Shown one piece after another: positions 12,361-21,669 of a stretch of 64,000 nt of DNA. Every line of letters begins with the position of its first letter. Positions within the stretch are counted from its first letter, which is position 1. Under the pieces are notes generated by a model. The model was not told where the DNA came from, searched no databases, and worked only from the letters and a program-made list of their open reading frames with translations. The position numbers were made by a program, and so were the translations under genes. The DNA comes from an uncultured bacterium (GTDB taxonomy: Bacteria; Krumholzibacteriota; Krumholzibacteriia; Krumholzibacteriales; Krumholzibacteriaceae). The stretch spans positions 1 through 64,000 of the forward strand of contig CBDUYR010000010.1 of assembly GCA_965371515.1 (NCBI GenBank), read 5' to 3'.

Positions 12361-13485
12361 TCAGGACGCCTTCGGGGACCCCCCTGAACCCCTGAAATCG
12401 CCGTTCTCGACCTCGTACCTGGCCGCCCCCGGGATATCGCCGGGGAAGTCGTCCTGGCGGGGCGAAGTGATGAAGCTCTGATACCTGTCGGAGAGCATAT
12501 TTCTCACTCCCGAGACCACGCCCGGGTCGAGTTCTGAGAAGATGTCGTCGAGCAGGACGACTGGCCTCTCCCCCCTCCTCGCCATGATCACATCGGCCTG
12601 GGCGAGCTTCAGCACGACCGCAAGAAGCCGCCTGCGCCCCTGCGAGGCGTACCTCCGCACATCCTCCCCATCGATCCTCATCGCCACATCATCGTAGTGC
12701 GGCCCCGCCAATGTATACCCCCTCCTTCTCTCGCTCTCCCGTGCGGCCAGCAGGGCTGCCCTCAGGGTGTCCTCGCTGCCGGCGCCCGAGTCGTACGAAC
12801 ACCGGTATGCGAGCTCGAGCCCGTCCACCCGGCCGAGCACCTCGGAGAATATCTCCCGCGCGCGCTCCGCGATGACGCCAAGCATCTCTTTCCGCCCCTC
12901 CACCACGGCCGCCCCCTTCCTGGCGAAAGCCTCGTTCCATACTTCGAGCTGCGCCTCGTCGAGCGCTCCGCCGACGGCGGCCGCCCTCAGCAGCGAGTTT
13001 CTCTGCTTCAGCGCCTGCCTGTAATCCTTCAGGTCGGCGAGAAATCCCGGCGAGACCTGGGCGGCGGTATAGTCGAGGTACGTCCTCCTCCCCGCAGGCG
13101 GCCCCGACGAGAGCTCGACGTCTCTCGGAGAAAATATGACGCTCGGCATGAATCCGATGATCTCCGAGGCTCCCTTCATCTGCTTCCCGTTGACGGAGAG
13201 TCTCATCTTTCCGCTTCTCTCCACACCCATCTCGAGGCGGAACCCGACTCCCGTATCGCTTCTGCCGGTGAGCCTGAGAAAGAAGTGTTCGCTCCCGAAC
13301 ATGATCAGCTCGGTCGAGCGCCTCGTTCTGAACGAGCGTCCCAGCGAGAATATATGGATCGCCTCGAGAAGATTTGTTTTCCCCTGGGCGTTCCTGCCTG
13401 TTATGAAGTTGAACCTCTCGGAAAACTCCAGGGAGGCCTTCTTGATATTACGGTATGAATTGAGTTGGAGTTTCTCGACTATCAA
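12361..13485 (-). CDS. recF: DNA replication/repair protein RecF
   Basis: GRNAQGKTNLLEAI, GPHYDD, ASQG and LLDDIFSELD motifs. Confidence 0.95.
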   Translation of the reverse strand: MIVEKLQLNSYRNIKKASLEFSERFNFITGRNAQGKTNLLEAIHIFSLGRSFRTRRSTELIMFGSEHFFLRLTGRSDTGVGFRLEMGVERSGKMRLSVNGKQMKGASEIIGFMPSVIFSPRDVELSSGPPAGRRTYLDYTAAQVSPGFLADLKDYRQALKQRNSLLRAAAVGGALDEAQLEVWNEAFARKGAAVVEGRKEMLGVIAERAREIFSEVLGRVDGLELAYRCSYDSGAGSEDTLRAALLAARESERRRGYTLAGPHYDDVAMRIDGEDVRRYASQGRRRLLAVVLKLAQADVIMARRGERPVVLLDDIFSELDPGVVSGVRNMLSDRYQSFITSPRQDDFPGDIPGAARYEVENGDFRGSGGSPKAS

Positions 13486-13512
13486 GCCCGCTCACCGCTC
13501 CCTCCCGGCAGG

Positions 13513-14625
13513 TCAATTTATCCTGAGGGGCATCACGATGCACAGCTGCCTGATATCTCCCTTCTCGTCGGCCGGCGTCACCACCCCGGCGTTGTCCGGC
13601 CTGTCGAGGCTAAAGGAGATCTCGTCTCCATCGATAGTCCTGAGAATGTCCTGTATGTACGCCGCGTTGTAACCTATTTCCATCGGTTCGTCCGCGTAGG
13701 TTGCATCGAGCTCCTCCCTCGCATCGCCGAGATCCTGCGTCGTCACGTGCAGGGTGAGTTTGTCGCGATCGAGTGAGAAGACCACCTGGTGAGTCAGGGC
13801 GTCGGAAAGTATCGATACTCTCTTTGTTGCTGCGGAGAGCTCGCTCCTCGGAACCAGGAGCGCCTTCTCGTTACCCGAGGGTATGACCTTCTGATAACTG
13901 GGGAATGGCCCCTCGAGAAGCCTCGAGTATATCGACACATCGTTCATCTCTATCGATACGCTGTTTTCTCCCAGCCCCACCTTTATCATCTCGTCCTTTT
14001 CCGAATAGGCCCGGAATGTAGACAGCGCCTTCGGGGGAACGATGACCTCGGCCTTTTCCACGTTTTTCAACTCCATCTTCGCCTCGACCTTGGCAAGCCT
14101 GTGCCCGTCCGTCGACACCATCGTCAATCCGTTACGGTCGACTTCCCACAGAACACCACATAGCGCTGGCCTTGTAAGGTCCGTTGATACGGCATAGATT
14201 GTCTTCTGTATCATCTTCCTGAGAAGCGGCGACTGTACCTCGAACTCGGTGCTGCTCTCCTGCTTTGGCATCTTCGGGAAATCGTCCGCGCTCCGCCCGT
14301 TCACCGAGAACCTGCTCTTTCCACACCTGATCGTCAGCTTCTCCCCCTCAACCTCCAGCGCCACCTCGTCGCCCGACAGAGACTTCACTATCTCTGCGAT
14401 CTTCTTCGCGGGCACCGCTATGCTGCCAGGTGACTCCACAGAACCTGCGACATTTGATGTGACTAATATATCCAGATCTGTCGCGGTGAAACTTATCCTG
14501 GATTCCTCCACGGTTATCAGCACCATCGAAAGGATGGGCATCGTTGTCTTGCCCGGCACTACCGACGATATCGCATTCATCTTCTTGGAGAGCTCTCCGA
14601 GAGGTACATTGATCTTCACGCCCAA
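13513..14625 (-). CDS. dnaN: DNA polymerase III beta clamp
   Basis: ATDLD, STDGHRLA, SRLLEGPFPSY and C-terminal VMPLR; TTG start after GGAGG. Confidence 0.96.
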   Translation of the reverse strand: MGVKINVPLGELSKKMNAISSVVPGKTTMPILSMVLITVEESRISFTATDLDILVTSNVAGSVESPGSIAVPAKKIAEIVKSLSGDEVALEVEGEKLTIRCGKSRFSVNGRSADDFPKMPKQESSTEFEVQSPLLRKMIQKTIYAVSTDLTRPALCGVLWEVDRNGLTMVSTDGHRLAKVEAKMELKNVEKAEVIVPPKALSTFRAYSEKDEMIKVGLGENSVSIEMNDVSIYSRLLEGPFPSYQKVIPSGNEKALLVPRSELSAATKRVSILSDALTHQVVFSLDRDKLTLHVTTQDLGDAREELDATYADEPMEIGYNAAYIQDILRTIDGDEISFSLDRPDNAGVVTPADEKGDIRQLCIVMPLRIN

Positions 14626-14764
14626 ACCTCCTGATAATCGCGGTAATCTAGATCCGCTTCGAAGTATATCATGTCATCACGTCCGGGGACGAAATAATAA
14701 TCCATTTGAGAGGTGATGTTCAAGGAAAAAGGCTCTCCTCCGGATTCCGGACTTCTTCTCCTTC

Positions 14765-14985
14765 TCTTTAAAATATAGAAAGAACAGTAGTAGTAATAGA
14801 GGGTGTTGAAATGTTTAAAACAACACGGAAGACCCCGCCGGCACAGACATGGGTAGCCCCGGACAGATGTAGAAACAGCGGTGGAGACAGATGGATAAGG
14901 GGCTTGTTTTCCACCGGGCAGCGACAATCCACAGGCTATCACAAGGTTGTCAACAGGCTTTCTGTGGAAAGTGTGGAAAGAGTGG
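14765..14985 (-). promoter_or_regulatory. oriC: oriC unwinding region (DnaA boxes, DnaA-trios, AT-rich tract) between dnaA and dnaN
   Basis: Degenerate boxes at 14890-14898, 14907-14915, 14925-14933, 14947-14955, 14963-14971 and 14972-14980; trios CAGTAGTAGTAATAG at 14785-14799; AT-rich tract at 14767-14783. Confidence 0.85.
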
Positions 14986-14987
14986 TT

Positions 14988-16358
14988 TCAGCCGGAGATC
15001 CTCTTTCTGATATCGTCTACACGGACGGCAAATATCGCATCTTCGTCCATCAGCATCTCGATCTTTCTGACCGAGTGAAGAACGGTGCTGTGATCCCGCC
15101 CGCCGAACCGCTTTCCAACCATTACAAGAGACAGGTCTGTCATCTCGCGGCAGAGGAACATGGCGACCTGCCTCGCCCTTACAACCCTGCTTATCCGCGT
15201 CTTTGACTTGAGGCTGTCGGGGGGAATGTCGTATTCCTGGGCTGCGGCCTCAATGATCTTCCGGGGTGTGATCTTCGTCTCTTCGGGTGATTTCACAATA
15301 TCCCGGAGGGCCTCTCTCGCGATATTCACCGTGATCTCCTGACAGGTGAGGCTGGCGAAGGCGAGGATCTTGATCAGCGAGCCCTCCAGCTCCCTGATAT
15401 TATTGGTGACGTTCTCGGCGATGAATTCAATCACGCTGGCAGGTATCTGAATATGCTCGTCCTCGATCTTGTTCCTTAGGATTGCTATGCGCGTCTCGAT
15501 ATCGGGCGGCTGCAGGTCGGTGATCAGGCCCCATTCGAAGCGGGAACGAAGGCGCTCCTCGAGGGTGTGTATGGCCTTTGGAGGCCGGTCGCTGGTGCAG
15601 ACGATCTGCTTGTTGGCGTCGTGCAGGGCGTTGAAGGTATGGAAGAACTCCTCCTGCATCGCCTCCTTGCCCGCGAGGAACTGGATGTCGTCGATAAGAA
15701 GGATATCTACGTTTCTATACTTCTTCTTGAACTCCAGGGTCTTGCTCTTCTGGATCGCATGGATGAGCTCGTTGACGAAGCTCTCCGTAGAGACGTAGAC
15801 GATGACCATGCTGGGAAAATCCTTGCGGACCTGATGCCCTATGGCCTGAATAAGATGTGTCTTTCCGAGGCCGGACCCCCCGTAGATAAAGAGGGGATTG
15901 TAAGCCTGGGAGGGTCTCTCGGCAACGGCAAGCGCACCGGCGTGGGCGAGCCTGTTGCAGTTGCCTACTATGAATTCGCTGAACGTATACCGCTTGTTCA
16001 GGAGGATCTTGTTCGAAAGGACCACGGGCTCGTGGATGATCATCGACCTGCCCGGAGATTTCTCCGGGCGGCTGACCCGCGGCGGGCCGGGAAGCGACGT
16101 GAGTTCTATCCTCGTGTTCTTGTCAAGCATGTCCCTGGCAACCTTCTCGATCTTGTCGATGTGGTGCTCATAGAGCCAGTCAACAAAGAAGGGATTGGGG
16201 CCCTCGATCCGAAGAACGCCCCCCTCGTAGCTCAACGGGCGCATCGGCGAGAACCAGGTCTTATAGCACTGCTCGTTTACCTGCTCCCGCAGACGCTCGA
16301 GAAAGTTTTCCCAGAGCCCGATTATCGACTCGACCCCGTCTGGGCGGCCACTTTCCAA
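14988..16358 (-). CDS. dnaA: Chromosomal replication initiator DnaA
   Basis: YNPLFIYGGSGLGKTHL, LLIDDIQFL, RLRSRFEWGL, NIRELEG and GGRDHSTV; start placed at TTG 16358 because the longer ORF runs through DnaA boxes. Confidence 0.96.
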   Translation of the reverse strand: MESGRPDGVESIIGLWENFLERLREQVNEQCYKTWFSPMRPLSYEGGVLRIEGPNPFFVDWLYEHHIDKIEKVARDMLDKNTRIELTSLPGPPRVSRPEKSPGRSMIIHEPVVLSNKILLNKRYTFSEFIVGNCNRLAHAGALAVAERPSQAYNPLFIYGGSGLGKTHLIQAIGHQVRKDFPSMVIVYVSTESFVNELIHAIQKSKTLEFKKKYRNVDILLIDDIQFLAGKEAMQEEFFHTFNALHDANKQIVCTSDRPPKAIHTLEERLRSRFEWGLITDLQPPDIETRIAILRNKIEDEHIQIPASVIEFIAENVTNNIRELEGSLIKILAFASLTCQEITVNIAREALRDIVKSPEETKITPRKIIEAAAQEYDIPPDSLKSKTRISRVVRARQVAMFLCREMTDLSLVMVGKRFGGRDHSTVLHSVRKIEMLMDEDAIFAVRVDDIRKRISG

Positions 16359-16440
16359 CACCCTTCCCCCCTGTATCTCTCTTTGGACACCGGCGACACC
16401 ATTCCACCGGAAATAATGGTTATTCCCTTTTTCCTCCGAA

Positions 16441-16528
16441 TAATCCACAATTGTGGAAAACTCGCTAGTTTTATGTGTAACAATCGGTTCGGCGGGCTGT
16501 TTAGCATGTCTAAAGAGCGTTTTCCACA
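16441..16528. promoter_or_regulatory. DnaA-box cluster upstream of dnaA
   Basis: TAATCCACA 16441-16449, inverted TGTGGAAAA 16452-16460 and TTTTCCACA 16520-16528. Confidence 0.85.
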
Positions 16529-16613
16529 ATTCCAGGTGATTGGTGCGGTAGACGTCAGATCAAGTGTGTCGGCACATGGAAAATTGGAATACTCCCCTCA
16601 CCCCGCAGGCGGA

Positions 16614-16643
16614 AAGTTAGCACAAGGCCGGAAAGCATGGCAA
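16614..16643 (-). promoter_or_regulatory. Putative sigma70 promoter of dnaA
   Basis: TTGCCA-18 nt-TAACTT with an extended TGn on the minus strand. Confidence 0.45.
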
Positions 16644-16817
16644 GGCAAATTTTAAAGAAAGAGGAAAAATTTTGTAACTATATGACAAATATAAGCATGT
16701 GAAGAGGGGGGAAAGGGACAGTTACAGTGGAGGCGAGGACCCGGACGCAAGGCCGGGGATATAGGGCGACGGAACTAATGGATGCTTAATGGATTAGGGG
16801 GGCGAGGGATAAAACAC

Positions 16818-16846
16818 TTGACAATAAAACGCCCCTTTTCTATTGT
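16818..16846 (+). promoter_or_regulatory. sigma70 promoter of the rpmH operon
   Basis: TTGACA-17 nt-TATTGT. Confidence 0.75.
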
Positions 16847-16922
16847 AGGTTGTTTATATATTGTAAGTGGCCGGTAAATGACCGAGCCTGAAAATATTCA
16901 GAAGAAGATCGGGGACCCCGTT

Positions 16923-17057
16923 ATGAAGCGCACATATCAGCCGCATAACAAGAGAAGAAAAAGAACACATGGATTTCGGAAGAGGATGAGTTCGAAGAAC
17001 GGCCGCCTGGTACTCAGGAGAAGGAGGGCAAGAGGAAGAAAGCGCCTCGCGGTTTAA
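16923..17057 (+). CDS. rpmH: 50S ribosomal protein L34 (absent from the ORF track, under 60 aa)
   Basis: Translated by hand: [44 protein letters not shown]. Confidence 0.97.
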   Translation: MKRTYQPHNKRRKRTHGFRKRMSSKNGRLVLRRRRARGRKRLAV

Positions 17058-17081
17058 CGTGCATGGGATTGGATAAGCCCG

Positions 17082-17432
17082 ATGTCACAAAAAGGACTCA
17101 AGAAAAGCAGTCAATTCAAGAGTGTTTACAGAGAAGGCCGCAGGGAAGCCGGGAAGAAGATCGTCATCTACTGCCTCGAAACCGGCGACGGGGGGATTCT
17201 CCCGGGATTTGTGGCCAGCAAAAAGAATGTAGGGAAAAGGGCCTTTCAGCGAAACAGGGCGAAGAGGTTGATGAGAGAGGCTTACAGGAGCATAGCCGAC
17301 CGCATCACCGAAAAGAACCTCTGGATAGTATTCATCGCCTCGTTCGACCCGTCGGAGACAACGCTGGGGCAGTTGACGGAAGATGTAGTGAGCTCTCTCG
17401 GGAGAGCCGGACTGATATCAAACTGCGGATGA
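17082..17432 (+). CDS. rnpA: Ribonuclease P protein component
   Basis: [18 protein letters not shown] and RNR motif ([11 protein letters not shown]); follows rpmH. Confidence 0.92.
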   Translation: MSQKGLKKSSQFKSVYREGRREAGKKIVIYCLETGDGGILPGFVASKKNVGKRAFQRNRAKRLMREAYRSIADRITEKNLWIVFIASFDPSETTLGQLTEDVVSSLGRAGLISNCG

Positions 17433-17653
17433 TAACAGGAATTCTGACAAAAGCGGCCGTTACGGCCATCAGGATATACAGAGTAGCCATTTCTCCGTAT
17501 CACGGGCCAGTCTGCATATATACACCTTCCTGCTCGCATTATGCCGAAGAAGCGCTGAAGAAGTACGGACCCATCAGGGGCTCCGTAAAGGCGCTCACAA
17601 GGCTTCTGCGCTGCCATCCTTTCTCCGCCGGGGGCCATGACCCGGTCCGCTGA
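17429..17653 (+). CDS. yidD: Membrane protein insertion efficiency factor YidD
   Basis: C.YTPSCSHY and [19 protein letters not shown] 17429 overlaps the rnpA stop (ATGA). Confidence 0.92.
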   Translation: MITGILTKAAVTAIRIYRVAISPYHGPVCIYTPSCSHYAEEALKKYGPIRGSVKALTRLLRCHPFSAGGHDPVR

Positions 17654-17699
17654 CGCAAGCCCGCAGAAAAACTGTCGCACCGCCGAAGGGAAGTGAAGA

Positions 17700-19481
17700 A
17701 TGGACAAACGTTCATTTATCGCCGTTATAGTGACATTCGGTATCCTAATAGCATGGCAGATGCTCTACGTGAGGCCCCAGCAGAAGGAGGCCGCCAGGGC
17801 CAGGGCCGAGCAGGCATGGGCCGACTCGATCGCTACGGCAGAGGCCGTGGTGGCGGAACCCATCGAGAGGACCGATGCAAAGCGGGAGGCAGAAGCCGAA
17901 GAGACCGTGCGGTATCAGAGGGAAGACGATGCGGAGGTGGGCGGCCTGTTCGACGGGGACGGGGAGACAGTCTCCCTGATCGTGGATACCGGACCAATGG
18001 TGGTAAGGCTGAAGAACCGGGGCGGCGAGATCTCGAGCGTTGAGCTGGTCGCTTACGAGAGGTTCGGCGGCGGCCCGGTACAGCTTGTGCCGGAAGGCGT
18101 CAGCGGCGGAGTCGCACTGAGCGTTGAGAAGGACGGGCGATGGATCGACCTGTCGGGAGTGAGGTTTTCGACCACCGTCAATGGCAGGGAGGCGATCGAC
18201 GGGGAGCGGGTGGTGCTCGGCGAGGGCACAGATGAAGTCGAGGTAGCCTTCGTCAGGAAGTCGGCGGACGGGGGGCTCATAGAGAAGAAGTTCAGATTCA
18301 TGAGGGGCAGCTTCGAGGCATTGCTGTCCGTAGAGATAGGCCGGGAGGGGGCGCTGAGGGAGACCGAAGCCTATGCGGTTTCCTGGAGCTGCGGCATGGC
18401 GCTGAACGAGAAGGATGAGAAGTGGGAGAAGAGACAGCTCGCATCTTTGGGAAAGGTGGGGGATGAGACATACACAGAATCGGCGAGGAGCTTCGGGAAG
18501 ACGGGGCTGAAGGAACGTGAAGGCGTCGTCGTATGGGCAGGAGTGAGGAGCAAGTATTTCCTGAGCGCCATGCTGACTGAAACGCAGAGGACGGGGACGC
18601 TGGGGATGACAGGGGACAAGGAGCTCTCTCAGGTCGGGTGGTCGGTGACATACCCGTTCAGCGGCGACCCGAGGATGGTCCGGGACGAGTACAGACTCTA
18701 TATGGGCCCCCTGGACATCAATGCCTTGAAGGAATACGGAGTAGGCCTCGAGAAGACGATCGACCTGGGAAGGCTGAGATTCTTCAGCAAGTTCATCCTC
18801 GGGCTGATGATCTGGATGCAGGGATTCATCCCCAACTACGGCGCCGTGATCATAATCCTGTCGATCTTGACGAAGGTGCTGTTCTACAGGCTGACCCACA
18901 AGAGCTTCAAGTCGATGAAGGACATGCAGAGGCTTCAGCCGAAGCTGAAGGAAATTCAGGAAAAGTACAAGGACGACAAGACCAAACTGAACCAGGCGAC
19001 GATGGCCATGTACAAGGAGAAGGGGGTCAACCCGCTCGGAGGCTGCCTGCCGCTCCTTTTCCAGATGCCGGTGTTCATCGCGCTGTTCAGTGTGCTGAGG
19101 AACACGATCGAGCTCAGGGGGGCTCCGTTCGTGCTCTGGATGAGCGACCTTTCGTCTCCAGACGTGCTTTTCGACTTCGGGGTGAAGCTGCCGTTCCTGG
19201 GCAGTGAGTTCCACATGCTGCCGCTGCTGATGGGTGTAGCGATGTTCGTCCAGTCGAAGACCGGCGGCGGCTCGCCCACAGGCGGCCCCGCGGCCGGAGC
19301 GGCGGGCCAGCAGAAGATGATGCAGACGATGATGCCGATAGTGTTCACCGTCATGTTCTACAGCATGCCCTCGGGGCTGGTCCTGTACTGGCTGGTTAAC
19401 AACATATTCTCGATAATCCAGCAGTATATAGTTCACAGACAGATAGAGTCCGAAGGCCCGGTCGTTGCCGGAGGAGCCTGA
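17700..19481 (+). CDS. yidC: Membrane protein insertase YidC
   Basis: N-terminal TM, large periplasmic domain, NPLGGCLPLLFQMP and GLVLYWLVNN. Confidence 0.96.
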   Translation: MDKRSFIAVIVTFGILIAWQMLYVRPQQKEAARARAEQAWADSIATAEAVVAEPIERTDAKREAEAEETVRYQREDDAEVGGLFDGDGETVSLIVDTGPMVVRLKNRGGEISSVELVAYERFGGGPVQLVPEGVSGGVALSVEKDGRWIDLSGVRFSTTVNGREAIDGERVVLGEGTDEVEVAFVRKSADGGLIEKKFRFMRGSFEALLSVEIGREGALRETEAYAVSWSCGMALNEKDEKWEKRQLASLGKVGDETYTESARSFGKTGLKEREGVVVWAGVRSKYFLSAMLTETQRTGTLGMTGDKELSQVGWSVTYPFSGDPRMVRDEYRLYMGPLDINALKEYGVGLEKTIDLGRLRFFSKFILGLMIWMQGFIPNYGAVIIILSILTKVLFYRLTHKSFKSMKDMQRLQPKLKEIQEKYKDDKTKLNQATMAMYKEKGVNPLGGCLPLLFQMPVFIALFSVLRNTIELRGAPFVLWMSDLSSPDVLFDFGVKLPFLGSEFHMLPLLMGVAMFVQSKTGGGSPTGGPAAGAAGQQKMMQTMMPIVFTVMFYSMPSGLVLYWLVNNIFSIIQQYIVHRQIESEGPVVAGGA

Positions 19482-19556
19482 CGGAAAGGGAAGAAACCCC
19501 TCTTGCAGAGGCGATAATAAAAAGGATTCTCATATCAGGAAAGAGGAGATATCGAA

Positions 19557-20261
19557 ATGAGAGGTTCCGGAAGAGAAGAAAACAGGAAAGTGATAGAGAT
19601 AACCGGAAAGAGCGTGGAGAAAGCGCTGGAGAAGGCTCTGAAGTCGCTCAATGCGAAGGTGGAAAACGTAGAAATCGAGATACTCGACGCGGGGCAGAAG
19701 GGCGTTCTCGGCATATTCGGCGCGAAGGCTGCCAGGATCAGGGTCACGAAGAAAAACGATTCAAAGGGAGTCGAGGAGATAGCGGACGAGGTCGCCCGAT
19801 ATATAATGGAATGCCTCGATATCAACTACAGGATATTCACCGAGTCGTACGATGACGCCACCTACGTCAATCTCGAAACTGCCGGCGTGGACGGCCTGCT
19901 GATAGGACGCAAGGGGGATACCCTGAACTCCCTCCAGCACCTTGTCGGGAGGATCGTCTCGCGGAAGATGGGAGGGTACCAGCGCCTGACGCTAGACGTC
20001 GGCGGGTACCTCAAAAACAGGCAGGATATAATTCGCCAGAAGGCAAAAAAAGCGGCAGAAAGGGCGAGGAAGTCGAACCGCGAGATCCAGATGGAGCCGA
20101 TGAAGGCGTCGGAGAGAAGGATCGTACATGTGGCGCTCACCGACGAAGAAGGTATCATAACCTATACTACCGGCAACGGCGATATGAGGAAGGTCTGCAT
20201 AGCGCCAGCGGGAAAGGGACGGGAGAGAAGGGGCGGAGACCGGTACAGGGACAGAAGATAG
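19557..20261 (+). CDS. jag: Jag/KhpB (EloR) RNA-binding protein with Jag_N, KH and R3H domains
   Basis: GKSVEKAL, LLIGRKGDTLNSLQ and ERRIVH motifs; follows yidC. Confidence 0.92.
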   Translation: MRGSGREENRKVIEITGKSVEKALEKALKSLNAKVENVEIEILDAGQKGVLGIFGAKAARIRVTKKNDSKGVEEIADEVARYIMECLDINYRIFTESYDDATYVNLETAGVDGLLIGRKGDTLNSLQHLVGRIVSRKMGGYQRLTLDVGGYLKNRQDIIRQKAKKAAERARKSNREIQMEPMKASERRIVHVALTDEEGIITYTTGNGDMRKVCIAPAGKGRERRGGDRYRDRR

Positions 20262-20265
20262 AGCC

Positions 20266-21633
20266 ATGCAAGGTGATACGATCGTCGCCCTGAGCACGCC
20301 GCCGGGCAGCTCGGGGATCGCGGTTATCAGGATCTCGGGGCCGGACTCGATCGGGATCCTAGAGGCCATGGCCCCAGGGGCAAGGGCCTGGGATCCGAGG
20401 ACACTTCACAACCGCATACTCCGCAGCGGCGACGGCGAGATGCTGGACGATGTCATGGCGGCCGTGTTCCACGGCCCGAATTCATACACAGGCGAGGATG
20501 CGGTCGAGATCTCGTGCCACGGGAGCATGCAGATCGTATCGGCGATAATCGAGGAGTCGATAAGGGCGGGAGCGCGTCTTGCCGAGCCGGGAGAGTTCAC
20601 AAGGCGGGCATATCTCTCGGGAAAGCTTGACCTTGCGCAGGCGGAGGCGGTCGCGGACCTGATCGCCTCGGAGACGAGGCTTCAGGCGCGGGTCGCGCTG
20701 GAGCATCTCGAGGGAGGACTCTCGAAGAAGATCGCTGCCATCGAGACGAGGCTGCGCACTCAGCTCGCGATGGTGGAGGTATCTATAGATTTTCCGGAAG
20801 AGGACATAGAAACATATGCATCGGCGGAGCTGGCCGCCGTTTCAGATGAAGCAATGCGGGAGATATCGGAGCTTCTCGAATCGGAGGTGGCGGGAGGGAA
20901 GCTGCGGCGCGGCATACGAATAACGATAACAGGCCCGAGAAATGCCGGCAAGAGCAGCCTCTACAATGCCCTCCTCGGAGAGGAAAGGGCTATCGTATCG
21001 CCGATTCCAGGCACTACGCGTGACGTTCTGAGGGAGAGGATACACATCGGGGGATTTACATACCACCTGGAGGATACAGCCGGTCTGGCAGAGACGGGGT
21101 GCGAGATAGAGAGCGAGGGCATGAGGAAGGGAAGGGAGGCCGCGGGCGCAGCCGATCTGGTGCTGTTCGTGGTAGACGCAGGAGAGGGGTGGACAGGAGG
21201 GGCGCTGGAGGAGCTCGAGGCGCACGAAGGCCGAAACAGGCTCGTGGTAGCGAACAAGGCGGACCTGGTTCCCGGAGGTGGGGAAACGGCAGCTGGTTCG
21301 CCCACCGGAGGGAGCAGAACGGTAGCCGTATCGGCTGTGACCGGCGAAGGCCTGGGCAGGCTGAGGGAGAAGATATTCGAATTCACGACGAACGGGGAGG
21401 TCTCCAGCGTAAGCAGGGAGCGGATCGCTCTCAACATAAGGCAGGGCGTGGCCCTGCGCAGGGCGGAAGAGGCGCTCGAAAGGCTAGGGAAAGAGCTCGG
21501 GATGAATTCCCCGGTGGAGATCCTGAGCCTCGAGATAAGGGAGGCGCTGGATGCATGCGGGGAAGTGACGGGAAGGTCAGCCGCAGAGGACATCCTCTGT
21601 GAAATATTCTCTATGTTCTGCATAGGCAAATAA
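20266..21633 (+). CDS. mnmE: tRNA modification GTPase MnmE
   Basis: DTIVALST, SYTGED, GPRNAGKSS, GTTRD and C-terminal FCIGK. Confidence 0.96.
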   Translation: MQGDTIVALSTPPGSSGIAVIRISGPDSIGILEAMAPGARAWDPRTLHNRILRSGDGEMLDDVMAAVFHGPNSYTGEDAVEISCHGSMQIVSAIIEESIRAGARLAEPGEFTRRAYLSGKLDLAQAEAVADLIASETRLQARVALEHLEGGLSKKIAAIETRLRTQLAMVEVSIDFPEEDIETYASAELAAVSDEAMREISELLESEVAGGKLRRGIRITITGPRNAGKSSLYNALLGEERAIVSPIPGTTRDVLRERIHIGGFTYHLEDTAGLAETGCEIESEGMRKGREAAGAADLVLFVVDAGEGWTGGALEELEAHEGRNRLVVANKADLVPGGGETAAGSPTGGSRTVAVSAVTGEGLGRLREKIFEFTTNGEVSSVSRERIALNIRQGVALRRAEEALERLGKELGMNSPVEILSLEIREALDACGEVTGRSAAEDILCEIFSMFCIGK

Positions 21634-21642
21634 TTACAATAC

Positions 21643-21651
21643 TTATCCACA
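21643..21651 (+). promoter_or_regulatory. Perfect DnaA box between mnmE and mnmG
   Basis: TTATCCACA. Confidence 0.75.
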
Positions 21652-21669
21652 ATTTTCTCGGGGTGGTCA

